34,238 nucleotides of DNA from Alphaproteobacteria bacterium (GCA_041743265.1 JBGTNC010000294.1:1-34238), one strand, 5' to 3'; shown: positions 17,415-26,747, numbered from the stretch's first letter. The notes: a model not told the origin generated them from the sequence alone. A program made the numbers and translations.

Positions 17415-19808
17415 ATGCTACCCTTGGGTATTCTTGGGGCTATATTGGACTTACTGGAGCCGAAAAAGATGAAAATTATGGATTGGGCACATGGTCTTGC
17501 CTCAAAATTCGGCTTCTCCGCCCGCAGACCTGTACCATATGCAGATGCGTCCGAACGTACGCCGGGTGACGTGCCGGGCTTTGCCAATCTTATTTTGTGT
17601 AACGATGCAGAGCGTTTGCATACGCGTGGCAAATCAATCGTCAAGCAACTGAACCATCAAGGCCATGATGTTAATCTTGACTGTGTCGAAGATGAAAAAA
17701 GCCTGCTGAAACATTTGCGCAAGCGTGAAAAAAGCGGCGCGCCACCGCCTGATGCAATTTTTCTCGATGTGGGTGGCGTGGGTGAGCGTACGGCCACAAA
17801 ATTTATCAAATGGTACGAAAATCAATTTCCTGCTCGTCCACTGCCGGAAATCAACTTTCTGTCGCTCGATGTTGGCATGGGTATTACCGAAGCAGGGCGC
17901 TTGCGTGAAAGCGATCCACGTGTGAATGCGGGCTTTGTGGCAGAAGAAGAACTGACGTGGCTGGACAAGCATCTCAAAGGCGAGCGGATTGATAAAAAAT
18001 GGGATATCCCAGCGGGCACGGCCTTTCGCGATATTTTAAATGCGCGGCTGGGTATAAAAATACCTTTGCAGCATGAGCCGGGCTACTACGCGCCGATCAT
18101 TCAAAAAATGCAGCAGGTCAGCAATGACCGTGTCATGACAGCATGGCGCAGCGGTAAAATGCCTGCGGAAGAAGCATTGGGCCGTATGCGCGATTACGCG
18201 CAAGGGCTTGCGAAGGCCTTGCATGGCGGGTTTTACGGCACCGCGCAAACCGCGTCAGACATTCCGAAAGATGCAGAATTTTATGGCAGCGCCGGATTTC
18301 CCGTGAAGGGCCCCGTCTTGTTTGATATTCAGGAACTGGATTCCGCGTATTACGAAAGTGCGCGCAAGGGCACGGAAAAACCCGTGCTGGTCATGCAAAG
18401 TTATGACCCCGCCGTGATGCCGATTTTGGCGAGCGGAAAATTGGGCGGTCTGGTCGTGACATCCCCCTATATGGCGTCACACCTGAAACTGTTGTGCGAA
18501 ACGCATATGGTGTCTGGCCTGTTTGGTGTGAAACCGCCGAGCGAACGCGGCATGCGTGCATCGTTTAACGAAGATGCCAAGCCCGAAGGCCCAGCTTATT
18601 ATAAAGGTGACATGGCGAATATTGCGGGCCATGCGCTGCATAAAGGCCAAATGGTTATGGTAGGGGCTGGCAATGACGGGTTGCAGTTTAACCCGAAAGC
18701 CGAAGCCGTCACAGCGCCGGTGGATTTTGATGCCGTGACGCGTGATGAAAAACTGAAAGAAGATTTGCGCAAGTTGCAGCAGGTGAATGATTGTTTCGCG
18801 GCCTATTTTGAAGAAAAAGGTGCAACCGCACACGGCGTGAAAGCGAATATTGATGCGAATGCAAAGCGCGTATTGCCTCATGTGCGTGGTATCGGACTTG
18901 TGCGCACCGAGCAAATGGTGGTCAGCGCCTATGGCCAGCGGGATATGCTGGCGGCTTATTTGCTGAAGGATGATAAATCCGAGCTCGGCGAGTTAATGAC
19001 AGAAACGCATTACAGCTACATGGAAATTATTCGCCATCTGGATCGCGGGCATCCTGTTAAAATGCGCCTGTTTGATTTTGTACACGAAGAAGTGCTGAAT
19101 AAAGACGAGCAGAACCGCTTTGCCGAAAAATATGGCCGTTTGGATATTCACGGCGGCGCAGCACTGGACGCTTGGCCGGATCTTTACCGCTTGCAGGCGC
19201 GCACAATTTTTGAAGCGATGAACAGTGTGGATATATGGTCTGACCGTCCGCTGGAAATCATGATGCCCGCCGTGCGCACGGAAGATGATGTGAAGGCGAT
19301 TAAAGCGATTGTATTTGAAGAGGCTGAAACAATGGGCATCGCCACCGCCAAATTTAGCTTCGGCGTTATGGTTGAAACGCTGGAGGCTTGTGAAAATATT
19401 GCAACGATTGCCCCGCATTGCGATTTCATCAGCTTTGGTACGAATGACCTGACGCAGCAATATGTCGGCATTTCTCGCAGTGACTTGAAAGCGCAGGCAC
19501 GCTTTGCCGAACGCGAAGGTTATGACCCCTTCAAAAAACTATCGCCCGATATTCTGGCCATCATGCAGCAAACCGCAGAAGCAGGCCGTGCGGCAAAGCC
19601 GGGCCTGAAGGTAGATGTCTGTGGCCAGCAAGGCGCTGATTTGGAAACGGCCGGTAAGTTGTTTGCAGCTGGTATCGACAACGTTTCCGTGGCACCGAAT
19701 ATTGTGAATCTATATGCGCTGCCGGTGTTGTTGAATTATCAGGTATTCGACAAGTTGCAGCCCAAAGCGAATGTACAAATTCCGCCGCCACAGGCGCAGA
19801 ACGGTTAA
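17415..19808 (+). CDS. PEP-utilising enzyme family protein: PPDK-like phospho-His swivel domain plus PEP/pyruvate-binding TIM barrel, with a non-homologous N-terminal ~300 aa in place of the ATP-grasp domain
   Basis: The swivel region is GPVLFD...PVLVMQSYDPAVMPILASGKLGGLVVTSPYMASHLKLLCETHMVSG, with His356 at nt 18480-18482. The TIM-barrel motifs are VKANIDAN...RGIGLVRTEQM, PVKMRLFDF, EIMMPAV, GVMVE and FISFGTNDLTQQY. An alternative start is the ATG at 17469, 9 nt after GGAG. Confidence 0.85.
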   Translation: MLPLGILGAILDLLEPKKMKIMDWAHGLASKFGFSARRPVPYADASERTPGDVPGFANLILCNDAERLHTRGKSIVKQLNHQGHDVNLDCVEDEKSLLKHLRKREKSGAPPPDAIFLDVGGVGERTATKFIKWYENQFPARPLPEINFLSLDVGMGITEAGRLRESDPRVNAGFVAEEELTWLDKHLKGERIDKKWDIPAGTAFRDILNARLGIKIPLQHEPGYYAPIIQKMQQVSNDRVMTAWRSGKMPAEEALGRMRDYAQGLAKALHGGFYGTAQTASDIPKDAEFYGSAGFPVKGPVLFDIQELDSAYYESARKGTEKPVLVMQSYDPAVMPILASGKLGGLVVTSPYMASHLKLLCETHMVSGLFGVKPPSERGMRASFNEDAKPEGPAYYKGDMANIAGHALHKGQMVMVGAGNDGLQFNPKAEAVTAPVDFDAVTRDEKLKEDLRKLQQVNDCFAAYFEEKGATAHGVKANIDANAKRVLPHVRGIGLVRTEQMVVSAYGQRDMLAAYLLKDDKSELGELMTETHYSYMEIIRHLDRGHPVKMRLFDFVHEEVLNKDEQNRFAEKYGRLDIHGGAALDAWPDLYRLQARTIFEAMNSVDIWSDRPLEIMMPAVRTEDDVKAIKAIVFEEAETMGIATAKFSFGVMVETLEACENIATIAPHCDFISFGTNDLTQQYVGISRSDLKAQARFAEREGYDPFKKLSPDILAIMQQTAEAGRAAKPGLKVDVCGQQGADLETAGKLFAAGIDNVSVAPNIVNLYALPVLLNYQVFDKLQPKANVQIPPPQAQNG

Positions 19809-19819
19809 GCCGCAAAAGA

Positions 19820-21535
19820 TCAATTATAAATCCCCAAGGTATCGCGGATGATCGCAATCGCCGCTTGTGCTTCGCGTTCACCGTGAAAGCCTTCACCGAG
19901 CGTGATTTTGCGGCCATCGCGGCCTGCGCCGTGGATTTTAAAATGCTTCACATGTTTGTTGCCGGATTGTGCGCTGAAGTTGCTGGATGTTTCCAGCGTG
20001 CCCATACCATCGACAAAAGCATAGCCACGGCGTACCGGAATGCCAAAAATCCGGCGCAGGCTGACAATACCGCCGCTGCTGTCTTTAAAGATATGCAGTG
20101 AATTGCTCGCCATATAAATCCCGCCCAAGGTGATCGGAATACCGAAAAGCAGAAAAATGCCACCAAAGAAATACATATGTTCATGTACAACGATGAAAGC
20201 ACCCGCTGCTGTGAAAATGCCACCGGCCAATAGCGCCGTAAAAGCATTGCCGAGATTGCGCCCGAAGGGGTAAAAGAATTCCTGTCCACTGCTGCCCGTG
20301 ATGACTTGGAAGCGCAGCTTGGCGTTTGCGGTGGCCATTTCAGCCGTGGCATTGGCGGCATTTTCAAGCCCGCGGCCTGTGAGTGTGGATTTTTCAGCTG
20401 TCGGGTAAACTGGAATCTCGTAATCCTGGTCCAGATCCACGCCGGGCAAATCTGCCGAAATGTTCAAGCGCCACAGATAATAGTCACGCCCGCGATTGGT
20501 GGCGTCGGATTGATCAAGCTCCGGCGGTACATCAAAGCGGAAAACAATACGTGTGCCGTAAAGTCCCATCTCTGTATGCGCGACGGCTTGGTCTTGCCAC
20601 TTCAGTCTTTCCGAGCGGCTCCGGTTTTTTCCGCTGCCGCTTTCATAGCTGTAGATGTTGGAAAGCGTCATAAGGAATTTATTGGCAGGGTCGTACGGAT
20701 ATCTTGTTTCAATCGTACCGCCCGCCTGGCCGCCAATGCTGCCGGGGAAGGGGTTTAGTACGACAGGGATTTGGCCGAATTTGCGCCATTGAAGGGTACT
20801 GCGCACAGCCCAGACAATGATAAAAACGCCAACCAGCGGAAAGAGATAGCCAAGCAGCGCCGGATAGTTTTGTTTTTCCACCACTTCGTCGTACAAAACA
20901 AAAGGGAGCGGCGCGGAGATAGAGCACCAGATGACGGCAAACCCCCATGTGACATACATGGCCAGTTTTGCATTGGATTTTATTTCGTTGGTGGCCCAAG
21001 CATTTCGGGCCATCCACGGCTTGTCGGAAAATTCGGGTGCCAGGCTATCTGGTTCTGCATCGGATTTGATCGCGTAGATCAGCATGCCCGCACCCACGCC
21101 GCCGAAAACGATCACAAAGATCATTTTGAACCCAATCATAGGCCAGCGTAGATCGCGCGAGACAATGGCGTCTGACGGGTCTTTCGGGTTCACGTAAACA
21201 TCAATTGGCTTTTTGTTACTGGCGGCGCGGCGCAGGCGGCTGCCAAGGTCTTTTTGAAAATCGCCAATATTATCGCTGCCGCCGCTGATGGCCACGCGCT
21301 CGCCTGTATATTCGCGACCTTTATAGGTGTAACGGAACGTGCCATGGGCTTTATACGTTGTACTATCATCGCCCTTGTTGCTGTTGTAACCGCCGGTAAT
21401 GACTTGTGCGGACACCGTATCCCAGCTTTGCATGCGGCTGGCATCGAGCATATTGCTGGAGATGGAATACAACATCCAAAGGCCGACACCTAAAAAAGGC
21501 AGGGCAAACAGGGCGAGAAAGACTTTACTTTTCAT
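19820..21535 (-). CDS. Large polytopic membrane protein with an N-terminal DUF3592-like module
   Basis: I set the start at the ATG at 21535 (MKSKVFLALFALPFLGVGLWMLY...). A TM helix, a beta-rich segment (W.TV.A.V...YKAHGTFRYTYKGREYTGERV) and another TM helix form the DUF3592 layout. More TM helices and a second soluble segment follow. The track ORF to 21808 is an unsupported extension. Confidence 0.75.
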   Translation of the reverse strand: MKSKVFLALFALPFLGVGLWMLYSISSNMLDASRMQSWDTVSAQVITGGYNSNKGDDSTTYKAHGTFRYTYKGREYTGERVAISGGSDNIGDFQKDLGSRLRRAASNKKPIDVYVNPKDPSDAIVSRDLRWPMIGFKMIFVIVFGGVGAGMLIYAIKSDAEPDSLAPEFSDKPWMARNAWATNEIKSNAKLAMYVTWGFAVIWCSISAPLPFVLYDEVVEKQNYPALLGYLFPLVGVFIIVWAVRSTLQWRKFGQIPVVLNPFPGSIGGQAGGTIETRYPYDPANKFLMTLSNIYSYESGSGKNRSRSERLKWQDQAVAHTEMGLYGTRIVFRFDVPPELDQSDATNRGRDYYLWRLNISADLPGVDLDQDYEIPVYPTAEKSTLTGRGLENAANATAEMATANAKLRFQVITGSSGQEFFYPFGRNLGNAFTALLAGGIFTAAGAFIVVHEHMYFFGGIFLLFGIPITLGGIYMASNSLHIFKDSSGGIVSLRRIFGIPVRRGYAFVDGMGTLETSSNFSAQSGNKHVKHFKIHGAGRDGRKITLGEGFHGEREAQAAIAIIRDTLGIYN

Positions 21536-21633
21536 ATGTATACACTCTGACGGGTCGATAAAAAAAACAAGGTTCTTATTATATCTTATATGAAATACTG
21601 CTGCAAAGGCATGAAACTGGACGGAAAAGCGAC

Positions 21634-22884
21634 ATGACAGAGCCAAAGCACGCGCGGGCGTTACTGGAGAAAATGTTTCATGCTGCCGTGGCCGCAGCAC
21701 AACCAGATATTTGTGTGCCACCCTATCTGCCCAAGCCGCCACGCGGCAAACTGGTGGTGATTGGCGCGGGCAAGGCATCGGCGGCAATGGCGGCGGCGGT
21801 GGAGGCACATTGGCCTGGAAGTATATCGGGCATTGTTGTCACGCGCTATGGTTACGCCGTGCCATGCCGTCGTATTGAAATTGTAGAAGCAGCACACCCT
21901 GTGCCAGATGCCGCGGGTATGCATGCTGCGTTGCGCATGCTGGAAAAAGTATCTTCATTAACAGCGGATGATCTTGTCTTATGTTTGATCTCTGGCGGCG
22001 GCTCTGCCTTGTTGCCTGTACCAGCCGCAGGGCTCACGCTGGAACAGAAACAAGATGTCAACCGCACGCTCCTGCGGGCGGGTGCAACGATTTCTGAAAT
22101 CAATACGGTGCGTCGGCATATATCCGGTATTAAAGGCGGTCGTCTGGCGGCGGCTTGTTTTCCGGCAGCCATTTTGAATCTTTTGATATCCGATGTGCCG
22201 GGAGATGATCCCGCGAATATCGCCTCCGGCCCGACTGTTGCAGATGTCACGACCGTGCAGGACGCACAGAAAATATTGACGAAATACAACGTAGTGCTGC
22301 CTGCGGGTGTTTTATCGGAATCACGAAAGCCAGATGATCCGGGCATGTCGCGCATTACCACGCATCTTGTGGCAACGCCTGCAATGTCGCTTGCAAAGGC
22401 TGAAGGCATTGCCAAAGCAGCAGGTGTGCATGTCTATATGCTGGGTGATGCACTGGAGGGCGAGGCACGGAAACTAGGCGCAGATCATGCAAGCCTTGCG
22501 CTGCGTATTGCGGAAGGTAAAGATGCACAGATGAAAGCGCCTTGTATTTTACTGAGCGGCGGTGAAACTACGGTGACCGTCACAGGCAACGGGCAGGGCG
22601 GGCGTAACGTTGAATATGCACTTTCCCTCGCCATTGGCTTAGGGGCGCATCCGCGTATTCATGCGCTGGCGGCAGATACAGATGGTGTGGATGGCATGGT
22701 AGATATTGCAGGTGCCTTTGTGGCGCCCGATACGCTTACACGTGCCAAGGCCAAGGGCATGGTCGCGCGGGAGTTTCTCGGCAACAATGACGGGCACGGC
22801 TTTTTCGGCAAATTGGGTGATTCTCTGGTCACGGGGCCTACGTGCACGAATGTGAACGATTTTCGGGCGATATTCATTTTGTAA
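21634..22884 (+). CDS. Glycerate 2-kinase / hydroxypyruvate reductase-like protein (DUF4147 + MOFRL family)
   Basis: The segments LLEKMFHAAVAAAQPD...KLVVIGAGKASAAMAAAVE..., LISGGGSALL, and C-terminal LLSGGETTVTV.G.G.GGRN.E and TDG.DG are typical of the TtuD/GckA-type family. Confidence 0.88.
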   Translation: MTEPKHARALLEKMFHAAVAAAQPDICVPPYLPKPPRGKLVVIGAGKASAAMAAAVEAHWPGSISGIVVTRYGYAVPCRRIEIVEAAHPVPDAAGMHAALRMLEKVSSLTADDLVLCLISGGGSALLPVPAAGLTLEQKQDVNRTLLRAGATISEINTVRRHISGIKGGRLAAACFPAAILNLLISDVPGDDPANIASGPTVADVTTVQDAQKILTKYNVVLPAGVLSESRKPDDPGMSRITTHLVATPAMSLAKAEGIAKAAGVHVYMLGDALEGEARKLGADHASLALRIAEGKDAQMKAPCILLSGGETTVTVTGNGQGGRNVEYALSLAIGLGAHPRIHALAADTDGVDGMVDIAGAFVAPDTLTRAKAKGMVAREFLGNNDGHGFFGKLGDSLVTGPTCTNVNDFRAIFIL

Positions 22885-22970
22885 ACAAGGGCTTGCGGGC
22901 AAGACGGGTGCTTGCCAAGAGAGGTTTTAAGGTGTATCATTTTACATACTCTTAAAAACGCAGTGGCCCC

Positions 22971-23825
22971 ATGTTCAAGCGCTTAAAATCTTTGTTTGAT
23001 TCTGCCACCGAAGCGCATCGTGCCGCTTTGGAATTTGGCGGTTTATCCGTTGCGTGGCGCGCGATGCAGCCCAAATTACCGCAAGGTGATGGCCATCCTG
23101 TTTTGTTTTTACCGGGGTTTTTATCCGGCGATATTTATACGGCCCCCATCCGCAGCCGTGTCGAGGCACAAGGATTTAAAACCTATACATGGGAAGGCGG
23201 TACCAATCTGGGGTTGGATGCGGAAACTGCCGAGCATCTGAAAGAGCGCCTGCATGAAGTCTATGCCGAGAACGGCGGACAGAAAGTTTCTCTGGTCGGC
23301 CACAGTCTTGGCGGTATTTACGCCCGTGAACTCGCGCGCGAATTTCCGGAGATGGTGCGCAGTGTAACAACACTGGGAACACCTTTTGCGATGCTGGATG
23401 ATCTGGATAATTCAACCGCCATTCCGCTTGAAAAAATATACCGCTTCTTGCATCCGGAGAGTGATATTTTGTCGCGCAAGGATATTGGTAAACGTAGTTT
23501 GACCCCGCCGCCTGTACCGACAACATCCATCTATTCGCGCAGTGATGGCGTGGTGCGCTGGAAAGCAAGTTTGAACCCCAAGGCAAAGCGGGCAGAAAAT
23601 ATCGAAGTATTTGGCAGCCATTTGGGGATGACGTTTAATCCTGTGACGATTGCCACGGTGATCGACAGATTGGCGCAACCGGAGCATAAATGGAAACCCT
23701 TCGCATCCAGCAAGGCACGCTTTTCCATCGCCTACCCCAGCGATAAACAGCCTGACCTGCCCAAGAACCCGCGCTGGCGCAAAGGCAAAGACGGCCCGTT
23801 ATTTAAGCCAAAAGATCCGCAATAG
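22971..23825 (+). CDS. Alpha/beta-hydrolase, lipase/esterase-like
   Basis: The nucleophile elbow is VSLVGHSLGGIYAR. The layout is an N-terminal PVLFLPGF loop followed by a lipase-like core. The C-terminal tail is basic and Pro/Lys-rich. Confidence 0.8.
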   Translation: MFKRLKSLFDSATEAHRAALEFGGLSVAWRAMQPKLPQGDGHPVLFLPGFLSGDIYTAPIRSRVEAQGFKTYTWEGGTNLGLDAETAEHLKERLHEVYAENGGQKVSLVGHSLGGIYARELAREFPEMVRSVTTLGTPFAMLDDLDNSTAIPLEKIYRFLHPESDILSRKDIGKRSLTPPPVPTTSIYSRSDGVVRWKASLNPKAKRAENIEVFGSHLGMTFNPVTIATVIDRLAQPEHKWKPFASSKARFSIAYPSDKQPDLPKNPRWRKGKDGPLFKPKDPQ

Positions 23826-23846
23826 TCATGTTGCAATAACACAAGC

Positions 23847-23882
23847 AAAAAGGCCGCAGAATAATCTGCGGCCTTTTGTTTT
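23847..23882. terminator. Bidirectional Rho-independent terminator between convergent genes
   Basis: A 10-bp perfect stem pairs AGGCCGCAGA (23851-23860) with TCTGCGGCCT (23865-23874) around the loop ATAA. It is flanked by an A-run upstream and TTTTGTTTT downstream. Confidence 0.85.
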
Positions 23883-23897
23883 ATGCCTGCCAGCAGC

Positions 23898-24704
23898 TTA
23901 TTGCTGTGGTGCGGGTGGTGTCGGTTTTGCTTTTTTCTCTTTTTTTGGCGGGTTCAGCGGTTCCTGACGGCGGATGCTGAAAACGGTCGGTTCGCCAAAA
24001 CCTTTTTGTGCGCTTTTGGCGGAGCGGGCGAAAACGCTGAATACTTCGCAAACGCCGCGTTGGGCGGCTTTGGCATAACGCATGGTCAGGTCAGGGACCA
24101 CGGCCAGTGTTTCTTTGGTTGTATTGGCAAAAGTTTTCCAACGTTCACTGCGCAGGCGTTTGCCGGTTTGGCTGTACACTGTATTGCGATCTTTGCGCGC
24201 GGAAGAAATTTCTGTGCCCAGTTCTTTCTTTTTCGCCTTCATGGCCGCTTTGTGTTCTTTGGCAATTTTGCCGCTTTCACGGTTCAGCTCTTTGGTGGCT
24301 GTGTTCAGGCTTTGGCTGGAACGGTTCAGTTTTGTGTATTCTTCTGCCAGTTTCTTTTCCAGCTCTGCAATCAGTGCTTTGGATGCGCCGACTTCGTTTG
24401 TCAGGCTTTCAACTGTTTCGCGGCGCACCTGAATGTGGGCTTCACCAGCGGTGGTCAGTTCTTGGTCAAAACTGTCAACGGTGGGTTTGTATTTCTTCAA
24501 GAGGCCACCCAGTTTGGTGTCCACGACGCCGCGCTGTTCGGCAGCTTCTTTTTGCACGGTGCTTGTTTTGGCGGCTTCATCACGGTAAACGGTGACCGGG
24601 CGCGGCTTGTCTTTAAAGCCGGTTTTGGCGGGGGCAGTTGCTTGCGCTGCGCCATTTTCGTTGGCGGCAGGTACTGCCTTTGCGTCTTTCTTTTTGCCGA
24701 ACAT
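23898..24704 (-). CDS. Hypothetical Lys/Glu/Ala-rich coiled-coil protein
   Basis: The ATG at 24704 is preceded by AAGGAG. 268 aa of low-complexity, heptad-like sequence (LIAELEKKLAEEYTKLNRSSQSLNTATKELNRESGKIAKEHKAAMKAKKKEL). I recognised no family. Confidence 0.7.
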   Translation of the reverse strand: MFGKKKDAKAVPAANENGAAQATAPAKTGFKDKPRPVTVYRDEAAKTSTVQKEAAEQRGVVDTKLGGLLKKYKPTVDSFDQELTTAGEAHIQVRRETVESLTNEVGASKALIAELEKKLAEEYTKLNRSSQSLNTATKELNRESGKIAKEHKAAMKAKKKELGTEISSARKDRNTVYSQTGKRLRSERWKTFANTTKETLAVVPDLTMRYAKAAQRGVCEVFSVFARSAKSAQKGFGEPTVFSIRRQEPLNPPKKEKKAKPTPPAPQQ

Positions 24705-24958
24705 GTATTGCTCCTTGCTATATGAGATCAAATTTAAGGCCCGACTGTGCGGGCGGGAAATATCGGAAATGTGGCCCGATCTTAGGGAAACAACCGGCCT
24801 AAGTCAACCCGACGCACGGTGCGGCGACCTTATTTGCGGTATTTATAGGTTAAATATATCAATAATCCAAACATCGGCGTTTTATGCGGGTTTTCTTCCT
24901 GCTATGCTCTTTTGTGCGGTTTTCATGGCCGTTTGGCTTTTAAAGGTACGATAGATTT

Positions 24959-25951
24959 ATGGACATACAAGCGCAGCGCGACCTGATTAAACGTATCAAC
25001 GCTTTCTCCGAATCTAGCACCTCCACCGCATTGCGGGAGCTTGGGCTCACGCTTGGTTTGTTTTTCGGCCTCTGCGGAATTATGTTGTATGGCCTGCATC
25101 TTGGCGGCTGGGGCTATGTCTTGTTGTTGCTGCCGTTGCCTTTTGCCGGCATTTTGCAAACACGTCTTTTTACCATTCAGCATGATTGTGGTCACGGCGC
25201 ATATTTTCCATCCAAGCGTGTGAATGATCTGGTGGGCATGTCGCTCGGCGTTTTGACGCTGACACCTTATTTGTACTGGCGCAAAAATCACAGCGCACAT
25301 CATGCGTATTCCGGCAATCTGGATCATCGCGGGATTGGTGACGTAGATACATTGACACTGCGCGAATACGAAGCGCTGCCGCCTTTAAAAAAACTTAGAT
25401 ACCGCATGTATCGCCACCCGGTGTTTATTCTGTTGGCAGCACCGATCTTGCTTTTTTTCTTCAAACACCGCCTGCCACTGGATAACCGATATCCTACTGC
25501 TAAAACATGGATGAACGTGATCCTGACAAATGTGGGTATTGCCGCGTTTATTACGGCAGTTGTCATGGCTTTCGGCTGGCCGGCATTTTTCTTTGTATAT
25601 ATTCCCGTTTGGTGGGCAGGTAGTACTTTTGGTGTGGCGGGTTTTTACATCCAGCACCAGTATGAAGATACCTATTGGCACCGGTCTGATGACTGGAGCT
25701 ATTTTAACGCAGGTTTTTTGGGCAGTTCTTATTTTGAATTCCCAAAAATCATCAATTGGCTGGTGAACCATATTAACCTGCACCACATTCATCACCTTAG
25801 TTTCCGCGTGCCGTCATACCGCCTGCGTGAATGTTTCGATGCTATCCCTGAATTGCAGGATGTGCCCAAGCGCACGCTGGCTGATGCACCCAAGTGCTTT
25901 ACCATGGCGCTGTGGGACGAGGACAATCGGAAGATGGTTGGCTTCAACTGA
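24959..25951 (+). CDS. Membrane fatty-acid desaturase family protein
   Basis: All three His boxes are present (HDCGH, HSAHH, HHIHH), with TM helices between boxes 2 and 3. Confidence 0.9.
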   Translation: MDIQAQRDLIKRINAFSESSTSTALRELGLTLGLFFGLCGIMLYGLHLGGWGYVLLLLPLPFAGILQTRLFTIQHDCGHGAYFPSKRVNDLVGMSLGVLTLTPYLYWRKNHSAHHAYSGNLDHRGIGDVDTLTLREYEALPPLKKLRYRMYRHPVFILLAAPILLFFFKHRLPLDNRYPTAKTWMNVILTNVGIAAFITAVVMAFGWPAFFFVYIPVWWAGSTFGVAGFYIQHQYEDTYWHRSDDWSYFNAGFLGSSYFEFPKIINWLVNHINLHHIHHLSFRVPSYRLRECFDAIPELQDVPKRTLADAPKCFTMALWDEDNRKMVGFN

Positions 25952-26073
25952 TCGTTTGCGATCAAAGCACCGATGTTATAAGCACTTTATTTCAATAAAG
26001 TATTTTCTGGATCGGGTGTCTGGCGCATAACCCCGTGTAAATCCTTGCATTTTTCATTCTGTTTTTCTTTTCA

Positions 26074-26099
26074 GGAACGCATTGCGGTCTTGGCCCGTT
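26074..26099 (+). promoter_or_regulatory. EcfG-type (alphaproteobacterial general stress response sigma factor) promoter: GGAAC-N17-CGTT
   Basis: GGAAC is at 26074-26078, the spacer is 17 nt and CGTT is at 26096-26099. The element ends about 70 nt upstream of the ATG at 26170, the start of a stress-protein-like gene. Confidence 0.55.
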
Positions 26100-26169
26100 T
26101 GTTGTGCTGAACGGCTTTTCAAAAAGGCGTTTAATAAATAATTTTTAGCACAATTCGAAGGAGGATATC

Positions 26170-26673
26170 ATGTCCAAGACAATTACAGCCGTGTTTGATA
26201 CACGCGTACAGGCCGAGAATGCGCTCCGTAAACTGGAACAACTGGGTCTGACCCGCGATGATGTTGCTTTGCTGGTCAGCGAAGAAGCGCGCAAGCGTCA
26301 CTTCACAATTGAAAAAGGCTCCAAAGCCGAAGAAGGTGCCGTTGCTGGCGCTTCCATTGGTGGCCTTGCTGGTGCGCTGTTTATGGCGCTGACGACAACA
26401 GGTGCGATGGCCATCCCTGGTCTGAACCTGATTGTATCAGGTGCTTTGATCGGTGGCTTGGCAGGCCTTGGTGCCGGTGCAGCAACGGGTGGCCTTGTTG
26501 GCACACTCGTCGGCCTCGGCGTGCCAGAGCATGAAGCCAAGCTTTATGAAGAGTCCATCAACAAAGGCGCAATTTTGTTAGCCGTTGAAGCGCGCGATGA
26601 TATGCGTGCCAAAAAGGTTCGCGAAACGCTGAAAGAAGCACGCGCCCAAAGCATCACCGAACTTGCGGCTTAA
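26170..26673 (+). CDS. General-stress-protein-like protein (YflT-type terminal segments flanking a Gly-zipper membrane segment)
   Basis: The SD is strong (GAAGGAGGA). The N-terminus ITAVFDTRVQAENALRKLEQLGLTRDDVALLV and the C-terminus GVPEHEAKLYEESINKGAILLAVEA flank a central GxxxG-rich hydrophobic stretch. Confidence 0.75.
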   Translation: MSKTITAVFDTRVQAENALRKLEQLGLTRDDVALLVSEEARKRHFTIEKGSKAEEGAVAGASIGGLAGALFMALTTTGAMAIPGLNLIVSGALIGGLAGLGAGAATGGLVGTLVGLGVPEHEAKLYEESINKGAILLAVEARDDMRAKKVRETLKEARAQSITELAA

Positions 26674-26698
26674 TGCCGGTGGTGATTTGATATAAAAG

Positions 26699-26736
26699 AA
26701 ACGGGGCTGCACCTTTTGGCGCAGCCCCGTTTTTTA
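26699..26736. terminator. Bidirectional Rho-independent terminator
   Basis: The stem pairs CGGGGCTGC (26702-26710) with GCAGCCCCG (26721-26729). It is followed by TTTTTT and preceded by an A-rich run, and it sits between convergent genes. Confidence 0.85.
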
Positions 26737-26747
26737 TTTTAATTGTT

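Noticed and set aside
21536-21808. 91-aa N-terminal extension of the DUF3592 ORF, including a poly-Pro start
   Set aside because: The extension overlaps the glycerate-kinase gene start on the other strand. The ATG at 21535 gives a normal signal-anchor N-terminus (MKSKVFLALFALPFLG).
23883-24725. 280-aa + strand ORF fully antisense to the coiled-coil gene
   Set aside because: The product is Phe/Cys/Gly-rich nonsense-like sequence. Long antisense open frames are expected opposite Lys/Glu/Ala-rich coiled-coil genes. The minus-strand frame has a strong AAGGAG SD and ends at the terminator.
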